Below are positions 41,312-64,000 of a stretch of 64,000 nt of DNA, one piece after another (position 1 is the stretch's first letter; every line of letters begins with the position of its first letter). Source of the DNA: Macrostomum lignano (Eukaryota); NCBI GenBank assembly GCA_002269645.1, contig NIVC01000412.1, positions 186,001-250,000 on the forward strand. Direction: 5' to 3'. The position numbers were made by a program, and so were the translations under genes. The notes under the pieces were generated by a model, which was not told the origin of the DNA, did no database searches, and saw only the letters and a program-made list of their open reading frames with translations.

Positions 41312-43273
41312 ATCGAAGTTATCAGTGAATTTGTACCACTTATATAATTCAACACTCACACCAAGTCAGGTAGAGTAAAAAGTCACGCGAAGCAGTTATG
41401 ACATAATCAATTTCTTAGGCAAGTCAGTACCAGTGTCTATGAAAGCTAACAATATGGTTACGTAATATAAATTCAGTACTGCACTATACTTTCACACTCA
41501 AAGCTGTGACGCAATTCAATTGAGTGTCAAATTCAGCCAGTACACAGACGATAAATAAAGTGTATTGTGATGCAATCTATTTCAGAATCAGAATTCAACC
41601 AGTCAGTTTTTTCTCTAGCATTTTTACAGTGCGTTTCAAGTCGAAATAGCTGCTTGACCTTTGCAAAAAAGCATGTTTTTTGAATATTTAATCCCTTTAG
41701 CATCGAGCAATTTCTTAGCCACGATGCATGTACCGTCACGGAAAAATTTCTGATCGAATGGTGCAAGTTTGAACAAAATCGGTTGAGCCATTTTTGCTAA
41801 AATCGATCACACACACACACATACACACACACACATACCGACAGACCATTTTTAGTATATGGATGACAGGAAACGTATAAACTGCCTAAAGAGTTGTAGT
41901 CGGAGACTAATTTACGTGAAAAGATAAGCTATGTCTGATGCAGGATCATATTATTTCATCTTTTATCTGTGCTGGTGGCAGGACTACGCAGAACAGACAC
42001 CCATATCTGATCAAGTCCTCACGTAGAACTAATTTCAGCTCCTTAACTCATACAAATTATGGGCAATTCTTGTATACTCAACAACATTGAAAACCGCAAC
42101 CCCTGAGCAGAGCGATTAATTTCAGTTCACTGCAATGACACAATTTTTACATGTATAGTTTCTGCGGTCAAGTAGCATAATCCAACTCAGGTTCAAGTCA
42201 TCAAAAGTGCATAAAATGTGCCAAAAAGCTAAATCCAGTGTAAACGCCAGTTCAAGTCCAAATCAGCCAATCAGAGCGCTTCTCAATATTACCCCCCCCT
42301 GTTGCGCAATGACGACGATGGATATAAAAGGCCAAACCAAGTGCGACAAAGCCAACTCAAACAGTAGAAACGGCTGTTGTTTACTTGCAAACTTGCATTT
42401 GGCAGAGCAGCTGGGCATAAAAGAAATTCGCAGAAGCTAATGAGTCTGCTGCTCGAAATCACTGTGATATACTTCACTTGGTCTTTTGGTAACTCTGAAT
42501 TGACAAGTTGCAACTTCATTTGGTTTGTTGCCACTTGACTTGAATATGTTGCACTTGCACTGTTGCACAGAGTTGGCTATTTTGCGACTTGACCGGAAAA
42601 ACCCATGGTTCTAGGGTGGCAGTTTTCAACGTTGCTGCGTATAGATATTCGACAAAGTTCCTAATGAAACCGAAAGAAACTTCCAGACTCCGCACATCAT
42701 CCAGAGTAACTTTCTCCAGCTTGCAACACTTTGTATGAATGTTATCAAATTTCAGCTAACGAAGCTTTAAACAGCTTGATGAAATTTCGGCTGTGGCAGA
42801 ATATTTCCTGTTTCTTGTGTAAGGATAGAAAAAGACGGGAAGTCTGTTTGCCGTAAGAAATTTGCTGAAATGTGATGCGATAAAAACAGTTTAGTGAAAC
42901 AATTTTTGTTTTCAGACGCTGACCTCAGAGGCCGTAGCCCCAAATGGATCTTGAAGCTGGAGGTTCTAACGATCTAATAACCGAGTGGCAAAATAGTACA
43001 ATGGTGAGCAACTTTACACTTGACACTCTGCCGGAAAATTTATTTGCTATCTGGAAGTCGTACATAAATGCGAAAGAGACAACTAAATGGCTATCGCAGA
43101 ACTTATTTCCCTGGCTGTTTCCACTATTGTGCATCATCGGATCAATCGCTAATGGCTGTTCATTCTGGGTGATTTTAAGAAATCGAGAGTCTTTTCCCAG
43201 AGTAACGCGGCAGTACCTGCTCATTATCACGGCCAACGACTTTCAGGCGATGACACTACATGGCTGTCTGCAC

Positions 43274-45404
43274 CACAGATACTATAAACACTAGATAGGC
43301 CACTCAGGCTAATTTTCTGGGCAAGTTTTTTATTCTACTTTCTGCTTAGTAGCAATGAAAGGAAGCAACAGTATTATTTGCTAAATTAGACAAATCGAGT
43401 GACTGTTTTTAAGACATCGTTTTGCTAACGCCATAAACAACTAACTTGTTTTGTGCAGTAATGGTGTACATTAAGACGCGACAGACAGTGTGCAATGCCG
43501 CTATCTTTCAAAGTGGAGGAAGGGGGGTAGTCTGGAATAGGGTTAATATCAGTTTCGTATAAGGCAGGGTGAGTGGATCGATAATTTAGGCCCACTGGTG
43601 GTGGGATAGAAAATAAAGGACTGCACATAGCTAGCCTGGGTTAGGGGTGGGGGTTGAGAGGTTGTGGGTTAGAAAATTTGGGGGTGGCGAATCGTGCTTA
43701 AATACAAGCTTATATAGATGAACAGGACAAGAGTCAGAGTTAAAGAAAGTTCGAGTGCATACTAGCTTTTCTATCTAATCTTGTACTCGAGAAATGTTTT
43801 GATTCGAACCACTGCTGTGCTCCCACTTGCACGAGCTTTGTACTAGTGCTATTAACATCCGAGAAAGAAAAATCCGTTGCGAATGCATAAATTACCAAAA
43901 GATGACACTGGCGAAGCGCTGGCAGCAGCTACTGCAGGAGCGTGGATATTGACCTTTATAAACAATTAAATCACGGGGCCTCCGTGTGTTCAGCTTGCAC
44001 TTTATGGACGAGGCCTACTGCTGCCTTACAAAGTGCCACGGATGTGCAAGACATCTGTTTTCGCTGGGACGCAATCCCACACCAAGAGTTGATGCTGCCT
44101 CGGCTCGTTCAAATAGACCAGCTACCCTCTGTGCAAAGGACTGATAAACGATGAAGAGGCAGACGACATGTACCCTCCAGTGCTGGGGCCAATTAGCAAT
44201 CTATCTGCAGCCGAGCCTGCGACTTGCCTGCTGCCAGTGCTGTGGCAGAGCAACCTTCGGCTACCAGATTCTGCGCCGAGAACAGCTGTTGCGGCTGAAA
44301 GCTCTCACCTCTGCAGCCGATTCGCGGGTTCCAAGCGCTAGAGGCAACGATCAAGCGGCTGCAGCAACGATCCCGAGGCCGAAAGTGACAGGCGAATCAA
44401 GCGGCTGCAGCGGCAATCCCGAAAGCGACAGGCAAATCAAGCGGCTGCAGCGGCAATCCCGAAAGCGACAGGCAAATCAAGCGGCTGCAGCGGCAATCCC
44501 GAAAACGACAGGCAAATCAAGCGGCTGCAGCGGCAATCCCGAAAGCGACAGGCAAATCAAGCGGCTGCAGCGGCAATCCCGAAAGCGACAGGCAAATCAA
44601 GCGGCTGCAGCGGCAATCCCGAAAACGACAGGCAAATCAAGCGGCTGCAGCGGCAATCCCGAAAGCGACAGGCAAATCAAGCGGCTGCAGCGGCAACATT
44701 CGATGGTCAAGGCAAGTGCAGCGCAGTCGTGCATCCATGGACTGTGGAGGCGTGGCTAGCGCAGCTTCCAGCGGTCGACTGGGCGGCAGGGCGCTCGCAG
44801 TCAGGGGTGCTCTGGTCAAAGGATGTCATCTCATCAGCAGCTCATTGCAGCTGCACCACAAAAGTCCTGCTGCTTATCGGCTGCCTGTTACGAAACCACT
44901 GAGGATTGGCTCTCCATCGGATACATCCCTGGACCTTGAAGTGGCGCATTCGCCAGTTTTTTTCATCTGTTGGGCCGTTCTGAATGCTGCCTCTGAACAA
45001 GGGCGACTGGCGACCTTGTTCTTCAACAGCACGCTGCGAGTTTCACAAACAGATGAGCTGATTAAGATGAGAAATCTTTCTATTTTGCTACACGAATATG
45101 GATTATGGAGTATATGATATAGCTCGTATTTGCTAAATATACAATAGTTGACTGCAATAATATAGCCTTCTATGCAATCTAAAGCATTCACAATGTTGCT
45201 TTGAATTGTGGAAAGTATAATTATAAGTTTCTTTTTGCAAAAAAATCAATACAATTGCTGCATTGCATTCATCTGTTTTTTTTTATTTTTAAAAAATATA
45301 AATAACGCTAAAATGTTTTTACTACTACTAAGCAGAAAGTAGAGTAAACTGTCGTGTTGTGAAAATTAGCTGGAGTGGCCTATCTAGTGTTTATAGTATC
45401 TGTG
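43274..45404 (+). mobile_element. P-element-like non-autonomous DNA transposon, 2131 bp, with a degenerate THAP domain
   Basis: 32-bp perfect TIR cacagatactataaacactagataggccactc (about 44 bp with 2 mismatches) and 8-bp TSD GTCTGCAC. Frameshifted NHCCAPTC..HKLPKD..KRW..RVFSLHF..DAIP at about 43804-44080. Confidence 0.85.
44385..44698. repeat. 40-bp tandem repeat, 8 copies, inside the P-like element
   Basis: gcggctgcag recurs every 40 bp from 44401 to 44681. Confidence 0.93.
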
Positions 45405-47085
45405 GTCTGCACTACATTTCTGATATCTCTAAAAAGGATCCACTGGGAACAGACAAGAATTACTATGGATTTGCTTTCAAAACGGTGTATGAATTCACCA
45501 GAGTTTACTCAACTGTGGGAGCGCACTTCTTTCAGCTGGGCCTCACCGTGGACCGTCTCGTTGCTGTGGCGGTGCCAATGCGAGCGCAGCAGATTCTGAC
45601 TCGCAAGAGAAGCCGCATTCTGCTGGCCGTCATCACTGCAGCCGCATTGGCCCTGCCTGCAATGTACATGTACGTCTTCTTTAATACAGCCTGTGCGAAC
45701 CTCAAATTCTGCGATTTAAACATGGACTTTTTCGCCGATGTCTACCTGCCGGCCGAGCTCTTTTATGGTCGGATCTTCCTTCTCGCGGCCATGGCACTAG
45801 GTACAGTTGGAATTTGCGCTTGCGTGTACCGGAGCAATCGAACAGCTGGGAGAATCAATTTGGAGCCAAACAGTAGCCGACATAGGCAGAGGTCGCTGAT
45901 TCGAATCAGCCTCATGATGGTGTTTATCAATTTGCTGTTCGCTGCAACCTGCCTGCCATCGAGTTTGGCGTCTATTTTCGTTTTTAGTCGTTACGGTTTT
46001 CGACAAGTAAAATTTGAAGAGCCATATTCGGAGCTAAAGAGAATTCGGTCCATAATTTACGTGCTTATGCTGGTCGCATCCGGCGCTCTGCAAAACCTGC
46101 TGTACTTGAACAATGCGCTAAGCTGGCCGGTGTACTTCATGAGCAGAAATTTTTACCGAGCATTCTGCAGGACCTTTTTGCCAGTCCGATGGCGCAGACA
46201 TGCAGAAGAAGCTAACAGACAGGAGAGAAGAACAGCTGTCCTGATGCGGAGCCTTCCATTATCAATCAGCACCGCGGCGTCAGAATAAGAATCCGATCCA
46301 GATAGCTCACCATTCGGACTCATTCCATATATTAAATTGAAACATGTTTCCTCTCTAGCACAGACACAATTCAGATATGTATATTATTTAGATAAATAAA
46401 TGACGTACGAAAGCGTATGCAATAAATTCATTTTCAAAGATTTTTCTTCACAGAAGAAATAAAACAAGAACTCATTTAAATAATAAAAGTATAATTTTAC
46501 AAAAAAATAACATTACATAGCCAGCAGAATATCTATGAATATAGAACTAGGTTTTGTTATCAAAAAACCAAATGGCCATCAGCAATGAAAATTTCTTTGC
46601 AGTTAAAAAGTGCCGTTTCTTTATTATAAATAATTAGCTTATTAAAAAGGGCTCAGAGGGTGCAAAAAAATACTACTACAAAGAGTAGCATAAGCTGGAT
46701 ATATAGCTAGGTAAAAAGTAACGGAATGCCATATATGCAAAAAGTTACAAACAATTATAAATTATGAAAAACCAGACTTCAGGCAGTGCGGTGCAACATC
46801 AACAACCTACAAAACTTTATAAGAAGTATTTTAATTATAACAGTAATGAGCGTATAGACTTTTATAAGCGATAGACAAAAAGACACTTGGCATCACTGTG
46901 TGGCAATTTGCAGCACCAAATTTCTTAACGGGATAAGAGAAACTAGCCAAATAGTCATTTATTTTCACAGAGAGCTCTCGCTGCTAGAAGAGAAATTTCA
47001 ACTGCAGTATAATTGTTAGGCAATAGTCTATAGATGATGTGTAGGCAAATCAACTAACGGAGCAACAGTGAGTGCGGCATTATTG

Positions 47086-59331
<12,246 letters not shown>

Positions 59332-60472
59332 TGTGCGTAAACGAAAATTAAGAATCACAATGAAGCACCACTTTTAAAATATTGCAATCCTGATTGATTG
59401 TGAGATGATGTGACTGAGGACGGGGCGGTTTAGGATCTCTAGTTCTGCTGGTTGATTCGTTCGCTTTTCAGCCGTTCAGCCGGAAAAGAGTTACGTTCAG
59501 TGGAAGAAAGTGGAGGCCTTGCCTATGAGGTGGGGGCGGAGGAAGAAAAAATTTGTTGGTAGTGGTAGTAGTAGTAGTAGTAAATTTTTTAGTAAACTGC
59601 GCAATTAGGTAGTAAACTTGGCGATTTGTAAAGTATTTTTATGTATCAATTAAATCTCCGCACTTTTTATGATGTGTCCGGCATTCTTAAATATTATTGT
59701 GTTGTTGTTTAGTTAGTAGTTATTTGGTGGTGAGTTTCTATTTTCGCGATTCTTACTGTACGTACTTTACTACTATTGTTTTACTGTATGCTAATTCCTA
59801 TCGTATTTCAAACGCGAATGCGCTGTGTTTTGGTTTTAGTTCTCCTGCGCGCCGTAGTAGTTGTAGTCGTAGGGTTGCATAGCCGTTCCAGAGTTTCAGT
59901 CGATCCAGTTTTAATTCAATAATAGATATAGACATTATTTAGAATATATATTAATTACCTTGACTACATAGATTGTTCAGATACGAATACAAATATATAA
60001 ATGAAATGAATTAAGGCGCATTGTATTTACAAGCCAAGAACGCATTCGGCATTCGTTCATTCATCTGTCATCACAACAAAAATAAGGCGATTCTTTGAAT
60101 TCTTGGACTTCAAGAAACTTATTTTACAGATTGCTGATTTGAACTCGGGGTTTCTTCGAAACCGGTCGTCGTTGCGTTCGCACGAATTGAAGCCGGAAAA
60201 TCGCGCAGATGAATCACAACGGAAGTTGGCCTCCTGTTTTACTCCGACTGCCGGGGTCCTCAATTCCGGGGGGAGGGTAGTTTCGGTCGTAGACGAGCGG
60301 TCTTCGTTAGGCGCGAGCGTTCAGAGAGGGTCCTCAGACACCGCAGTTAATGCACTTCGATTTCTTGACTGATTACTGTTAGTAGAGTAGCGCTGCCACC
60401 ACCGTAATTTACGTATTACGGAACGTTGAAATCTCAGAGCTTTCTGTGAGATGAGAACTTGGTTGTTTTACG

Positions 60473-60688
60473 CAAGGACTTCTAGACTAACTGGGTGCTG
60501 TGGACTGCTTTCCTTTCTAGCGACGATGGCTTCCTGCTGCAGCGACGGGTGGGCGGCTCAGGCGGCTCAGCGTGCTTGACTACGCTGACGACCTGTCCTC
60601 GACTGTCGAGGGCGCCAGCGTCAGCTGGACCGGCTGGTAAGTCTAAGTCTGTAAGTCTGCTATAAGTCTGTTAGTCTAGAAGTCCTTG
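60473..60688. mobile_element. 216-bp CAAGGAC-family element carrying an RTE reverse-transcriptase fragment; 8-bp TSD GTTTTACG
   Basis: 19-bp perfect TIR caaggacttctagactaac; gttttacg at 60465-60472 and 60689-60696. 60490-60641 is the reverse complement of 63024-63175 (I see one mismatch). Confidence 0.85.
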
Positions 60689-61391
60689 GTTTTACGCCCC
60701 ACGGGAAAATGACTTAAGATAAACTACGGCTTTTAATTAAGTATTAAACGAAGAACAATTGACGTCAGTTTATTAACCAATCACTGAAAATTATTACTAT
60801 ACCGGAGTCGACCAGACGACAGAAAGTTCCGGGGGAGCCGCGGTGCGGGGCTCTAAATTATTTAAATTCGAATCACTAGTCTTAATATTTGGCTTTACTC
60901 AACTGGGAACAAATAACAAGTATTAAATTTATGTATTAAGTTTATGTCGCGATAGAAGGGGGGAAGAGCGAGAAGGGAGGAGGAAGGTGAAGGAAGGGGA
61001 GGCAAACTGGGGGCGGAAGGGAGAGAGAGAGCCAAGCTAAATAACAAAAAAAGGAGCAGAAGGTGAGCAAGGTGGTCCAGAGAGGGGACAGGACGTGGAC
61101 TCCAAGGCCCAGAATTTGGCGCGAGCAAAAGTTCCGCAGAGATACACAAAGAAAAACAAAACTAAACAGAAAAAGGGCACAAAAATCCAGAAAGAGGGCA
61201 GTTATATACCAGAAAAGGAACAAAATACGTCATAGAATTTCGATAAAGGATGAACGGGTAGGGCCAGAAATGAGGCGACGGAAAAGGGGACAGTCCATGA
61301 AATGTTATTATAAAATTTAAATATTCGTTAGTGGGAGTCCGCAACTACCACACCTACAACATGCATGACCAACATTCTCGACTTCAACAAG

Positions 61392-61651
61392 GGGCCTTTT
61401 CATATTGCTTGTTCTGGTTCCAGAACCAGAACCAATTTGTGAAGTATAACTTTTTGTCTCCATAACTAGAGGGAGATACGTGCTATAAAGTTTTTATTAT
61501 TGAATGACAATCGCCAAGAAGAAAGTGAAAAATCGTGCAAAGTGAGGCTGTTAAGGCAGTCAAATATTAACAGATTTTAATAGTTTTACTGCTGTTTTTC
61601 TTGGAATTCCGAACCGATTCTGGTTCTGGAATTGGTAATATGAAAAGGCCC
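61392..61651. mobile_element. MITE-like element, 15-bp perfect inverted ends (gggccttttcatatt)
   Basis: Inverted ends plus subterminal ttccagaaccagaa / ttctggttctggaa; no clean TSD. Confidence 0.5.
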
Positions 61652-62364
61652 ATTCTCAGTTAGGAGAGATAATACTAAAACAAAATAAACTTTAAATTAT
61701 TTACTTGTGCAAAAAAATAGGTTTATTGCAGCTCGTGTATTGAAAAATAGTTTTTTTCAGAAAAATTTTATTCTTATGAGCATTCAGAAAATACATCGTT
61801 CAAGTTCAATACAAAATTTTAAATTATTCGTAGCTCTGTTAAAAGTTTAGCGAACACAAAACTAATATTTTTTGATAGCTTGAGGGTAAAAAAAGATTTG
61901 CTAGCTATCTCATAAGAATTTAATGTCGCTGCTAGCCGAGCTTTGTTAGCAGGAATTCGCTAGCCGAAGATGCTACATGTATTAATAGTACTGCTGTGCT
62001 CTTTTATCTATAAAAGCTCCCTAATTTTTGAGAGTATTAAAATGGCTCTTCGCTTAAATAGAGACATTATACATTTACTGTAATGCGTCCACCAAACGAT
62101 TCTAGCTTGCTCGCGCCGCACCTCGTAACACTGAACATGCAGACGAACAGACGAATACTTGTAGAAACATTTGTTGCTACAGTATTTTTAATGCTTTATC
62201 TGACTGTATATACATGTAAATACTGAGTCACATATTTTCATGTAATTGTGAAATCTTCCGGAAAATTCTATTCTGTCCATCAAATATTCTGTTTTATAAT
62301 TTGTAGCACATTTATTACTAAATAAAGTAGCATATAAAGTAGCACATAAATGTCAGCCAATCAA

Positions 62365-63950
62365 ACGTGGGACAATGTCACAGGGCGCGTTTCAGGGCCT
62401 GGGTGCGAAACGTAGGCCGCACCGTTGCCAGTGTCCGGGACGCCGGCATTATAGCCAGCAGACAGTCGACGAAACGCCGAGTCCGCGCCTGTTGCCTCCA
62501 GCGTCAGCAGCAGCACCTCCTGCACCGGCTGTGGGCAGTACGACTCGGCTTTGACAGATGTGGAGTTGCCGACGGCGCAACAGTTTGCTGGGACCGGACA
62601 GGCCGGTGCGGCGATAGAGTGCCGCATTGGTGACTAATCGCTCGATCGTAGACGATCTTAAAGGCGGCACGCAGCAGGCCAGCGTGCGCCGCATCAACCT
62701 GCTGTTCGAGCAGGTTCGTCAGCGTGCAAGCGTCGGCGTTTTACAGCAAGGATGGTCTCGATCACCGCATGGAACAACGCTGCCCTCCGGCGGTCAGGTA
62801 GGGCCTCGCACTGCACTATCGACAGCCCTCACGGAACGGAAAGCAGCCCAGGCAAGTATACACGGCGACGTCGCAGATCCTCGCGAACGTCAGGCACCAG
62901 ACCGCCGAGCTAGACAAAATACTGACAGGCGCGGAAGCCTCGCCACTTGTCTGTTAGCGCCTCGGCGCAGAAAATTGCAGCTTCGATGCCATCCGGTCTT
63001 CCGCGTGTTGACCACCAGGCTCGCTTACCAGCCGGTCCAGCTGACGCTGGTGCCCTCGACAGTCGAGGACAGGTCGTCAGCGTAGTCAAGCACGCTGAGC
63101 CGCCTGAGCCGCCCACCCGTCGCTGCAGCAGGAAGCCATCGTCGCTAGAAAGGAAAGCAGTCCACAGCACCCAGTCAAGCACCAGGACGAACAGGAACGG
63201 CACAAACGTATCTCCCTGAAGCACCCCAGAGGATGTCTCAAATAAATCTGACAAACCGTCCGGTGTTAAAATAGCAGCACTCATGCCATGATACAGCGTC
63301 ATGACGGCGAAAATCAGCTGCTCTGAACGTAACACGCACGAAGCACAATGGGGAGCACGGCCATCGCGACCGAGTCGAAAGCCTTCCTGAAGTCAATAAA
63401 GAGAGCAATCAGGCTCGACTGGTGCGTCCGCGCTTCCTCGATGACTCGGCAAAGAGCCAGGATTTGCGCCACTGTGCCGCGATTGGGCTGGAACCCATTC
63501 TGCTCAGGCCGTAAGTACGGATCCAGCACGGGCTGCAACCGCAATAGCAGCATCCGGTTGAACAGCTTCGCAGCGCTTGACCTCGGTGCTCCTACCCCTC
63601 AAGCCGTGTGGTGCCCGGCTTCTTCGAAATAGCGACGATGTGCGCCGTGGTCCATTCTTTTGGCGTCGCCTTATCGAAAAGCACGCGGTTCAACACCCTG
63701 GTGACCTCTGGCCACAAAGTGGTGTCACAGCGCCTCGATGGGCACCTCGTCCGGACCCAGCACTTTACTGCCCGGGGTCTTTTGGGCCATCACCACAACG
63801 TCGGCTGTGCTGACTGGGGCTACATTAAAGCTCTCCTCTGCGGCGTCCTCAAACGGCGTCCCCGGCGGCGGCCTCAAATCGTTTGGCAGCGGGGGCCGCG
63901 CGTTGACGGGTCTATAAGAATTTCCCGCAGGAAGTTTTCCCGTCTATAGA
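62365..63950 (-). mobile_element. Degenerate 5'-truncated RTE-clade LINE (RT and 3' region)
   Basis: LRPEQNGFQPNRGT, FIDFRKAFDSV, SSGVLQGDTFVPFLFVLVLDWV and DYADDL, spread over several frames. Boundaries are approximate. Confidence 0.85.
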
Positions 63951-64000
63951 CAATGCTGGACTAGATTAGAACTAGCCTAGACTAGGCTTAGGCTAGACTA

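Larger units (their letters stand above)
42944..46288 (+). pseudogene. Class A orphan GPCR, 401 aa when reconstructed (42944-43273 + 45413-46288), interrupted by a transposon
   Basis: Removing 43274-45412 gives the in-frame junction MTLHGCLH|YISDISKK. It has seven hydrophobic segments, N-terminal N-glycosylation sequons, DRL in TM3, CLP in TM6 and NNALSWPVY in TM7. Confidence 0.88.

Overview
Eukaryotic, intron-containing, repeat-rich genomic DNA in the standard genetic code. The short introns, many minisatellites, RTE LINEs and orphan GPCR expansion suggest an invertebrate such as a free-living flatworm; this is inference and cannot be confirmed from the window. Host genes that I could reconstruct exon by exon: a P4-ATPase of the ATP10 class (minus strand, runs off toward the left edge, one frameshift), an ARHGAP18/28/40-type RhoGAP (plus), a MAPKAPK2/3-type kinase (minus), and two paralogous two-exon orphan genes. 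There are four rhodopsin-like GPCR loci and none is intact as assembled. One of them (42944-46288) becomes a clean 401-aa ORF once a 2.1-kb P-element-like insertion is removed. Much of the window is mobile DNA and tandem arrays. These include a full-length R1/LOA-type LINE with a TAATG ORF1/ORF2 overlap inside a minisatellite, an internally deleted Tc1/IS630 element, a foldback element, several MITEs and RTE remnants. Two families stand out. The first is a pair of large Helitron/HINE-like elements whose bodies are interchangeable satellite modules plus an antisense tRNA-like module. The second is a set of tiny CAAGGAC-terminated elements with 8-bp target duplications, two of which carry DNA matching other retroelements in the window. 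All coordinates were read by hand; no database search was run.
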